Assembly (NCBI RefSeq): GCF_000014785.1
Contig: NC_008340.1
Location: forward strand, 90,001 to 122,000
DNA length: 32,000 bases
Direction: 5' to 3'
Origin: Alkalilimnicola ehrlichii MLHE-1
Lineage (GTDB): Bacteria; Pseudomonadota; Gammaproteobacteria; Nitrococcales; Halorhodospiraceae
Shown: in pieces, positions 25,127 through 32,000 of the stretch
Numbering within the stretch: the first letter of the stretch is position 1
Layout of the letters: each line of letters opens with the position of its first letter
The notes under the pieces: generated by a model
What the model was told of the DNA's origin: nothing
Databases searched by the model: none
The model's input: the letters and a program-made list of their open reading frames with translations, nothing else
Position numbers and translations under genes: made by a program

Positions 25127-26563
25127 GTGCCGGGGTATTGGCATGAAGGGGGATGTTATGGGCGGCTGCGTATCAGCTTGATGGCCGCCTGCTGGCTGAT
25201 AGCCCTGCTGGCGCCGGTCGGCCCCGCGCTTGCCGGCGCGGCGGTGACCGTGGACAGTGCCGCGGACCTGCGCCAGACCCTGGCGCAGGTGGAGCCCGTC
25301 CGTGTGCTCCAGGCTCATCCGTCCAATTACCGGGAAGTGGTGCGCCGCCTCGGGCCGGGGGACCACCTGCGATTGGCCGCTGGGGCGTACCCCCGTTCCC
25401 TGAGGTTGGATGGTGTCCAGGGGACCGCTGAACGGCCGATTATCATCTCCGGCCCCAGCAAGGGCCCGCCTGCCCTCTTCAAGGGCCGGCGGGGGGCCAA
25501 TACTCTAAGCCTGGGCACCACCGCCCACATCGTCCTGCGGCACCTGACCCTTGATGGCGGCCGCGAGAACATCGCAGCGGTCACCCTGGAGGCAGAGGCC
25601 GACTACAGCCACGACATCACCCTCGAACACCTGACCATCCGCAACTACGACGGTGCCCAGGGCAACAGCGGCATTACCACCCGCGCCCCGGCCTGGAACT
25701 GGACCATCCGCCACAACGATATCCGTCGGGTGGGGACGGGAATGTACCTGGGTCAACCCGACGGTTCCGCGCCCTTCATCGGCGGGCTGATTGAGAATAA
25801 CGTGGTGGCGGAGACGCTGGGCTATAGCATCCAGATCAAGCACCAGAACCGGCGGGACCTGCTGCCCCCCATGCCGGACGAACCCCGCCGGACCGTGCTC
25901 CGGTACAACCTGCTCAGCAAGGCCGAGGGTGGCAGCAGCGAGCGCGCCCGGCCCAACCTGCTGCTGGGGCACTTCCCGCCGGAGGGCGCCGGCCAGCACG
26001 ACCGCTACCTGGTCTACGGCAACCTCTTCCACGAAAACCCGCATGAGCGCCTGTTCCAGGGCGAGGGCAATCTCTTCCTGTACAACAATCTGTTCATCAA
26101 CCACGGCGGTGATGGTCTGATCGTGCTCCGGCACAACCACGTGCCCAAGGAGGTGCAGATCCTGAACAACACCGTGCTGGCCCGCGGGGTGGGCGTGCGG
26201 ATCGATGCCCCGGACCGGGATTACCAGCAGGTGGTGGCCGGTAATGCGGTGTTCGCGGAACAGCCGCTGGCAATGGCCCGGGGCGTGCGGGAGGCGGTCA
26301 ATCTGACGGCGCCCTTTGAGCGGGCGGCGGAGCGGCTCGCCCGGCCCCATGGTGAGGGCTGGGACCTGGACCTGTACCCCCAGCGGGGCGCGCTGCGCCG
26401 CGATGACCCCCTGCCGGTCTCGGGGGCGGATCTGCCGGGCTTTGAGCGGGACTACAACGGCAGGCCGCGCGAGCACGAGACCTACGGGGCCTACGATGGC
26501 GGCGCCGAGGGCAACCCGGGCCGGGCGGCTGGTGTGGGCCCGGGGGCCGGGCCGCTGCATTGA
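25127..26563 (+). CDS. secreted right-handed parallel beta-helix repeat protein (pectate-lyase/NosD-like fold)
   Basis: Signal peptide ...RLRISLMAACWLIALLAPVGPALAGA. Repeated beta-helix-like turns (ITLEHLTIRNYDG..., WTIRHNDIRRVGTG, IENNVV, YGNLFHEN, LYNNLFINHGG, ILNNTVL). GTG 25127 has GGAGG 7 nt upstream, and ATG 25181 is the alternative. The track ORF starts at TTG 24968. Confidence 0.75.
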   Translation: MPGYWHEGGCYGRLRISLMAACWLIALLAPVGPALAGAAVTVDSAADLRQTLAQVEPVRVLQAHPSNYREVVRRLGPGDHLRLAAGAYPRSLRLDGVQGTAERPIIISGPSKGPPALFKGRRGANTLSLGTTAHIVLRHLTLDGGRENIAAVTLEAEADYSHDITLEHLTIRNYDGAQGNSGITTRAPAWNWTIRHNDIRRVGTGMYLGQPDGSAPFIGGLIENNVVAETLGYSIQIKHQNRRDLLPPMPDEPRRTVLRYNLLSKAEGGSSERARPNLLLGHFPPEGAGQHDRYLVYGNLFHENPHERLFQGEGNLFLYNNLFINHGGDGLIVLRHNHVPKEVQILNNTVLARGVGVRIDAPDRDYQQVVAGNAVFAEQPLAMARGVREAVNLTAPFERAAERLARPHGEGWDLDLYPQRGALRRDDPLPVSGADLPGFERDYNGRPREHETYGAYDGGAEGNPGRAAGVGPGAGPLH

Positions 26564-29500
26564 GCGGCGGGCACTGGTGCCTGCGGCGTGGGTCCGGCGT
26601 GCCGCTTGTCAGGCCGGCCGGTGGCCGCAACGCCCAGCAACAACAGCCCGTAGAAGAGCGTGGCGATGCGGGGCGAGAAGAAGATCGTGCTGAACAACCC
26701 CACGGCGAGCGCCCCGGCCAGACCGGCGGCCAGGCCCAGCGCCGTGATGTCGCCGGCGAGGGCGCGCCGGGCCAGCAGGAGCAGCCCGGCCAGGGTCAGC
26801 CAGACGAAGGCCAGCAGCCCCAGCGCGCCCTGGTCGAAGTAGAGCTCCAGCCATTGGTTCTCGATTCGCCAGGGCCACAGGTGGTCCGTGCTCATGTACC
26901 AGTGCCGGCCGAGCCGGGTGAAATCCCCGTTGCGCAGGTGGTCGTTGCCCGCCTCATCAAGCAGTTCGAAGGCGTCGAACTCCAGGAGGATGCCCGGCTC
27001 ACCGCGGCTGGTGATGGAGAGGACCAGTCCGCGCTGAAAGGGCCAGGGGCGGCGGTCCATGTCCCGGAGGTCGAAGCGCCATTCCAGGTGTTCCCAATCC
27101 CCACCACCACCCAGGCTCAACCCCTGGGAGCGGCAGGTGAAGGAGTGACGTACCGGCTTCTCGCAAAGGAAGAGCGTGAACCCGGCCGGCACGTCACTGC
27201 GGGCCCGCACCCGCAGCCGGAAGTCCCCCTCCCGGGGCGGGGCCACCCGTTGGTTGAGAAACAGGGAGTCGCCCCGTCCCAGGCGCAGCAGGTCATTGCC
27301 ATCGACGCGCCGGAAGTCGAAATTGGCCGGGATGCGCCCCTCGCGGTTGCCGAGGCGGTAGGCCTCCGGGAAGCTGCCCAGGCCCCGCCCGATCAGGGGT
27401 GACCAGGGCCCGGCGCCGGGCAGGTCCAGGCCCTCGCGCCAGTGGCTCAGGCGCTGTTCGAAATCGGCCTGCACCTGCCCCAGGCGGCGCTCGCCGAAAC
27501 TGTCCATGAAGGGCAGCGCCACCGCGCCGGTCGCCAGGAGCGGTACCAAGGCGGCTGTGATCAGCCGCCCACGCCCTGTTGCACCCGGGCGCAGGGCGTG
27601 GGCCAGGGCCAGCCCGGCGAAGAGCACCAGCGCGACGACCAGACCCAGGTAGCCGCCGCGGGAATAGGTCACCGCGATCGCGTAGGTGGCGCCGATGGCC
27701 AGCAGGGGCGCAAGCGCCCAGGTCAGCCGCCGGTGCAGGCACCAGGTCAGGGCGACGGGCAGCGCCAGTACCAGGTAGGTCTCGATGCTGGGACCACCCA
27801 CATGCATGTCCGTGAAAAAGCCCGAGATGCGGTAGCGGCTGTCCAGGTCCAGCAGGCCCGGGTAGGTGATCCGTTCCCGGATGACAATCAGGATCGTGGC
27901 GAGCAAGCCCGCTGCCACGCCGGGGAGCAGCCAGCGCTCCACCTGCTCCCGCTGGGGCAAGGGGATGACGCGCATCAGACCCAGCAGCACCAGGGCCCCC
28001 AGCAGCCCCTTGGCCACCCGCGGGGCGTTCAACGGATGGGCGTAGTGGTAGGCCTGCCCAAGATCGATTGCGGTGCTCGACAGCAGGGCGATGACCAGGC
28101 TGATCACGGTTGAGGCCATCAGCAGTATCAGCGGCCAGCGGATCGCCCTTGGCAACAGGCTGGATCTGGGGCGCGCCGGCCAGCGCCAGAGCACCACCGC
28201 CAGGGTGGCGAGCAGGAACAGGTCCAGTTCCGAGAGGAAGAGCCGCCCGGTGTAGAGCGTCAGGTCCAGGGTGGGGATCAGCAGGGGGATAATCAGGAGC
28301 CCGATCTGGGGGCGCCAGTGCAGTAGCGCCAGGTAGGCGACCAGGCCCGCCGTCAGGGCCCACGCCGCCACCGGCCAGCTCAGGGCGAGGACGAGGGCCA
28401 GCACCCCGCACAACGCGCCCAGCGCCTGGTGCCAGGGGCTCTCGCCGGTCAGCACGTGGCGTGGCGAGGCCGACGGCCCGGAGGGGGACGGGGCCGCGGC
28501 GGGCGCCACCGGCCGACTGCTGCTGGTGGCGGTCAGCCAGGCGCAGGCGGCTGCCACCGCCCAGGCGGCCAGGGCACCGAGCACCAGGCTGGCGGGATCG
28601 GGCCGGGCGTCGGCAACGAACAGCTTGCCGGCCTCCATCAGCAACGCCGCCAGTGCCCCGCTGGCGGCGGCGAGCCCGTAGAGCCGGGCCTGGCCGCCGG
28701 GACGCCCGACGTGCCAGAGCCAGGCCATCAGGCCGACGGGTGCGTACATGGCCAGGTGCAACGCGGTGCTGCGCAGGGCCACGATCTCCGGCACGTGGTA
28801 GTGGTAGTAAAAGGGCAGCAGCCGCAGCTCGCCCCACTGCCGCCAGGCCCGCTCCAGGTCGGTGTGGTAAGGGCCGAAGCCGTGGTTCAGGCCCAGCAGC
28901 AACAGCAGGTAGACGGGGAGCGTCAGGCCGAGGATCAGCCTCCCATGCTGCTGCAGGAAGCGGAGCACCCCATGGGAGTGGGCCGGTAGCCGGTGCAGCA
29001 GGACTAGACCCGCCGCTATGCCGGCGCTCCGCAGCAGCACAGACCGGCCCTCGGTGATCCCGCTGAGAGTCAATAGGTTGAGGGCCTCCAGCCCGATGGC
29101 CAGCACCACCGCCAGCGGCAGCCCGGCCAGCAGAGTTGGGAACCGGCGCCGCTGCAGCCAGACGGCGAGAAGCAGGCCCACCGGTACCGCCGCGGCCACT
29201 TCCAGGCTGAGCCAGGCGTAGCAGCGCAGCCCCGTCGTGCAGGCGTCGGGGGTGGTCCACAGGCCCCAGGCGCTGGACCGTAGCCGGCGCATCAGTTCGT
29301 CGGCACTGAGCACCATGTCGAAGGGCAGCAGCCCGATGACCACGTAGACCACCAAATACCCGATCAGGGCCAGGTGGAGCGCGCGCGGTCCGCCCCCGGA
29401 CAGGGTCTGCCACCAATGGGCCAGCGGATCGCGCAAGGCGAACCAGGCCAGCGAGCCCAGCACCGCGCCGGTGAAGTTGCCGGCGATATCGGCGGCCGCC

Positions 29501-29859
29501 GGGTGCCGGAAAGGCAGCCAGATCTGAAGGAACTCCACCGTGGCCGTCACCGCCAGACCGAGGGCGGAGACGGCCAGGAAGGTGGCCAGGGTGGTGCCCC
29601 TGTCGCGGCGCCCATAGGCCAGCCAGGCCGACCAGAAAAAGCCCAACGGCAGGAACATCAGGGCATTGGCCATGAACTGCTGGCGGCCCGAGGCGCCGGG
29701 ACCGGTAAGGTCCATGTTCCGATAGACCTCCCACGCCTGACGCAGGCCGAGATCATCGCGGAACTCGAAGGGCAGCAACGTGAGATAGACCGCGGCGCCC
29801 AGGGCCAGCCAGGCCCAGGTGAGGCAGGTGCCGCGTTGCCAGGGCTCGCGGTGGGTCAT
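26491..29859 (-). CDS. large polytopic membrane protein: VanZ-like N-terminal domain(s) fused to an O-antigen-ligase/Wzy_C-like domain and an extracytoplasmic beta-sandwich-like insert
   Basis: 1122 aa. VanZ signature VEFLQIWLPFRHPAAADIAGNFTGAVLG. More than 20 hydrophobic segments. Wzy_C-like YAIAVTYSRGGYLGLVVALVLF. A soluble segment of about 200 aa (FDFRRVDGND...LLEFDAFELLDE) precedes the final TM helices. The 3' end overlaps the convergent beta-helix gene by 73 nt. Confidence 0.8.
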   Translation of the reverse strand: MTHREPWQRGTCLTWAWLALGAAVYLTLLPFEFRDDLGLRQAWEVYRNMDLTGPGASGRQQFMANALMFLPLGFFWSAWLAYGRRDRGTTLATFLAVSALGLAVTATVEFLQIWLPFRHPAAADIAGNFTGAVLGSLAWFALRDPLAHWWQTLSGGGPRALHLALIGYLVVYVVIGLLPFDMVLSADELMRRLRSSAWGLWTTPDACTTGLRCYAWLSLEVAAAVPVGLLLAVWLQRRRFPTLLAGLPLAVVLAIGLEALNLLTLSGITEGRSVLLRSAGIAAGLVLLHRLPAHSHGVLRFLQQHGRLILGLTLPVYLLLLLGLNHGFGPYHTDLERAWRQWGELRLLPFYYHYHVPEIVALRSTALHLAMYAPVGLMAWLWHVGRPGGQARLYGLAAASGALAALLMEAGKLFVADARPDPASLVLGALAAWAVAAACAWLTATSSSRPVAPAAAPSPSGPSASPRHVLTGESPWHQALGALCGVLALVLALSWPVAAWALTAGLVAYLALLHWRPQIGLLIIPLLIPTLDLTLYTGRLFLSELDLFLLATLAVVLWRWPARPRSSLLPRAIRWPLILLMASTVISLVIALLSSTAIDLGQAYHYAHPLNAPRVAKGLLGALVLLGLMRVIPLPQREQVERWLLPGVAAGLLATILIVIRERITYPGLLDLDSRYRISGFFTDMHVGGPSIETYLVLALPVALTWCLHRRLTWALAPLLAIGATYAIAVTYSRGGYLGLVVALVLFAGLALAHALRPGATGRGRLITAALVPLLATGAVALPFMDSFGERRLGQVQADFEQRLSHWREGLDLPGAGPWSPLIGRGLGSFPEAYRLGNREGRIPANFDFRRVDGNDLLRLGRGDSLFLNQRVAPPREGDFRLRVRARSDVPAGFTLFLCEKPVRHSFTCRSQGLSLGGGGDWEHLEWRFDLRDMDRRPWPFQRGLVLSITSRGEPGILLEFDAFELLDEAGNDHLRNGDFTRLGRHWYMSTDHLWPWRIENQWLELYFDQGALGLLAFVWLTLAGLLLLARRALAGDITALGLAAGLAGALAVGLFSTIFFSPRIATLFYGLLLLGVAATGRPDKRHAGPTPQAPVPAAQCSGPAPGPTPAARPGLPSAPPS

Positions 29860-30092
29860 GTGTGAGGGGATGATTGCATTGGCGTCCTGAACTGTCGGAA
29901 TCGCTTACACCCAATACCGGGCCGCGTTTCGCGCTGTTGCAGCCATTGTAGCCGGACCGCAGAGCGGTACTGACCGCGGCTAGTCTCCGCAGCCAATAGC
30001 CACAACGATAAGTCGGAAATGTTTACAGTTCGGTATCCAATACCATGGGGCAAGTCGGGCATAAGCTTGATTGTGCCCGTTTTTCAGGGTGT

Positions 30093-30108
30093 CGGAACGC
30101 ATCTTGCC
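30093..30108 (+). promoter_or_regulatory. candidate sigma-54 -24/-12 promoter cGGaACGcatcTTGCc
   Basis: Correct GG-N10-GC spacing with ACG and TTGC conserved. The leader would be about 40 nt before ATG 30159, the same geometry as the promoter at 17207. It is weaker than the other two. Confidence 0.45.
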
Positions 30109-30158
30109 CCCTCAGTTGTCGAATCGAATCGGTTTGTTGCAGTACGGGGGAAGCAAGC

Positions 30159-30977
30159 ATGCGTTTCACAACCACCTGCGCCGCGGTAGCCCTGGTCAGC
30201 GGTTCGTTGATGGGCTTGCCCGCCCACGCTACGGTGATCACCTACGAGTGGTCGGCGGCGGACATGATAAGCAACGTCTTTGTCGACGGAGAGGATGGCA
30301 CCAAGGCCGCTGAGAACGGGCTGTTCGCCGGGGCCACCCGCCTGCGGGACGGGAGCAGTACCGGTGAGGGCGCAGCCCGGACCTACGTGGAGAGTCAGCA
30401 CGGTCAGTTCATAGAGCGTTACAACTTTCTGGCGCGAGAGGGCGAGACCCTGACCAGCTTCAATCTCTGGGGACTGGATGGGCGCGGCGTACAGTGGGGT
30501 GAGGACTACAAGCCCCTGGCTTGGGTCGATGTGACAGCACCCGATGGCTGGAGCACCGGCTTCTTTGATGCGGGGCCCGATGGCCTGGGCTGGTTCCAGA
30601 ATACCAATCCGGATCTGGGCAACTACCTGGCTTACAACACCCCGCTGTTCCCCTGGTTTTCGGCCCCCGAGGATGGAGGGCTTCCCCTGGTCGATGACGG
30701 GACCTTTGACTCCCTGATGTTCTCGGCCACCATCGAGTTTGATCCTGACGACGCCTTTTGGGGCGAGGACACGTTTGGGGCGCCGAACGATATCAACTCC
30801 GTGCTGACCGCCTATTTCGGCGGCAATCTCTCCAGCGGGGATATGCTGGAGGGGAACATGGCGCTACGTACGGCCGTGCCCGAGCCCGGGACCTGGCTGC
30901 TGATGGGCATGGGGCTGTTGGCCATGGGTTGGATGGTCCGGCGACGCCGGCCATCGGCGGGCGCTCAGGGCGCTTGA
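30159..30977 (+). CDS. PEP-CTERM sorting-domain protein
   Basis: In-frame ATG 30159 (MRFTTTCAAVALVSGSLMGLPAHA signal peptide) with GGGGGAAG upstream. C-terminal VPEPGTWLLMGMGLLAMGWMVRRRR. Confidence 0.85.
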   Translation: MRFTTTCAAVALVSGSLMGLPAHATVITYEWSAADMISNVFVDGEDGTKAAENGLFAGATRLRDGSSTGEGAARTYVESQHGQFIERYNFLAREGETLTSFNLWGLDGRGVQWGEDYKPLAWVDVTAPDGWSTGFFDAGPDGLGWFQNTNPDLGNYLAYNTPLFPWFSAPEDGGLPLVDDGTFDSLMFSATIEFDPDDAFWGEDTFGAPNDINSVLTAYFGGNLSSGDMLEGNMALRTAVPEPGTWLLMGMGLLAMGWMVRRRRPSAGAQGA

Positions 30978-31113
30978 TTCCGCCCATTGCCAGGGCCGGT
31001 GCACAGTGACGTATAGCCTGGTCGGATGCAGCGGACAGATTCCCGACACATACTAGGGGGCCAGGCTATACCGATCACGTCCGCTTTAGGACGGAAACGA
31101 CACGAGGCCCTGA

Positions 31114-32000
31114 ATGCCCAGTAAGCGACAGTGTGACATCCTCTGCATCGTGGGCGCCCGCCCGAACTTCATGAAGATCGCCCCGGTCATGCGGGCGTTG
31201 CAGGCGCAGGGCATCCCGGCGCGGCTGGTGCACACCGGACAGCACTACGATGCGGAGATGAACGAGCGCTTCTTCGCCGACCTGGGCATCCCCCACCCGG
31301 ACATCAACCTGGAGGTGGGCTCCGCCAGCCACGCCGTGCAGACGGCGGAGGTCATGCGTCGCTTCGAGCCGGTGGTGGACGAGCTGCAGCCGCGGGCGGT
31401 GCTGGTGGTGGGGGATGTCAACTCCACCATCGCCTGTGCCCTGGTCGCGGCCAAGAAAGGGGTCGGTGTCATCCACGTGGAGGCGGGCCTGCGCAGCTAC
31501 GACCGCGCCATGCCCGAGGAGATCAACCGGGTGCTCACCGACCAGATCTCCGACCTGCTCTTCACCACCGAGCGCCACGCCGAGGCCAACCTGGCCCGCG
31601 AGGGGATCGATACCGGGCGGGTGCACTTTGTGGGCAACGTGATGATCGATACCTTGCGCCACAACCTGGAACGGGCCGTGCCGTGGCAGGAGGCCCTTGC
31701 CGCCGCGGGTGTGGACCTGACCCCCTTCCAGCGCGCCGGGGGCTACGGCGCGGTTACCCTGCACCGGCCGTCGAACGTGGATGAGCCCGCGGTGTTGCGC
31801 CGGGTGACCGAGACCCTGATCGGGGTCTCGCGGGACCTGCCGCTGGTGTTTCCGGTGCATCCGCGCACCCGAGCCCGGCTTGAGGCCTTCGGCCTGCTGC
31901 CGGCCCTGGCGTCCGAGCCCCGCATCGCCCTCCTGCCGCCGGCGGGCTACCTGGAGATGCTCGGGCTGATGCGCGACGCCCGGGTGGTGCTCACCGACTC
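31114..32000 (+). CDS. wecB: UDP-N-acetylglucosamine 2-epimerase, non-hydrolysing (3' partial)
   Basis: Not in the ORF track because it runs off the window. My own translation from ATG 31114 reads MPSKRQCDILCIVGARPNFMKIAPVMRALQ...LVHTGQHYD...VVGDVNST...HVEAGLRSYDRAMPEEINR...TLHRPSNVD. It is antisense to the spurious track ORF 31075..31860. Confidence 0.92.
   Translation, partial: MPSKRQCDILCIVGARPNFMKIAPVMRALQAQGIPARLVHTGQHYDAEMNERFFADLGIPHPDINLEVGSASHAVQTAEVMRRFEPVVDELQPRAVLVVGDVNSTIACALVAAKKGVGVIHVEAGLRSYDRAMPEEINRVLTDQISDLLFTTERHAEANLAREGIDTGRVHFVGNVMIDTLRHNLERAVPWQEALAAAGVDLTPFQRAGGYGAVTLHRPSNVDEPAVLRRVTETLIGVSRDLPLVFPVHPRTRARLEAFGLLPALASEPRIALLPPAGYLEMLGLMRDARVVLTD

Noticed and set aside
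27293-29734. 813-aa minus-strand ORF in another frame of the giant membrane-protein gene
   Set aside because: The translation is extremely Arg/Pro/Gly/Ala-rich with no TM pattern. The 26491..29859 frame gives coherent TM helices plus VanZ and Wzy_C motifs.
30058-30073. Sigma-54-like GGCATAAGCTTGATT upstream of the second PEP-CTERM gene
   Set aside because: The spacing is off by one and the -12 element is TTGA rather than TTGC. The candidate at 30093-30108 fits better.
31075-31860. 261-aa minus-strand ORF
   Set aside because: It is antisense to an unmistakable wecB reading frame (31114 onward) that the track omits because it has no stop in the window.

Overview
High-GC (by eye roughly 65-68%) proteobacterial chromosome segment. 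The gene content looks gammaproteobacterial, possibly Ectothiorhodospiraceae-like, but that is a guess with no search behind it.

Bases 1-7.7 kb are housekeeping: comM (5' partial), a membrane-anchored c-type cytochrome, argB, a DUF2905 miniprotein, rpiA, ilvA, a TetR regulator, a YdjM-like hydrolase and tRNA-Gly(CCC).

The rest is an accessory, cell-envelope/exopolysaccharide-style region:
- a NOX-like ferric-reductase flavocytochrome, an MFS transporter and a secreted hypothetical protein
- an RfaH/NusG paralog, SirB-like protein and moeB
- a YcbB-type L,D-transpeptidase and a trypsin-like protease
- two PEP-CTERM proteins
- manC, a SAM methyltransferase and a beta-helix protein
- a 1122-aa VanZ/O-antigen-ligase-like membrane fusion
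- wecB (3' partial, absent from the ORF track)

The most interesting unit is a minus-strand operon at about 23954-18329. A near-consensus sigma-54 promoter is followed by a 14-Cys exported protein and then a tightly coupled trio: a PqqD-like protein, an HprK-related P-loop kinase and an NTP_transf_5 nucleotidyltransferase. From memory this trio is the context-defined 'HPr-rel-A system', with no known substrate. manC and an unknown membrane protein follow it. Two further sigma-54-type promoters precede the two PEP-CTERM genes.

Three intergenic regions (7.7-8.5 kb, 12.8-13.1 kb, 18.0-18.3 kb) hold a mosaic family of about 78-nt hairpin-forming repeats that generate many false ORFs. A 34-bp perfect inverted repeat with a nested hairpin lies upstream of argB.

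All protein calls rest on motifs I recognise by eye. No BLAST or HMM search was run, and start codons are best guesses. Many long ORFs in the track are high-GC antisense artefacts.
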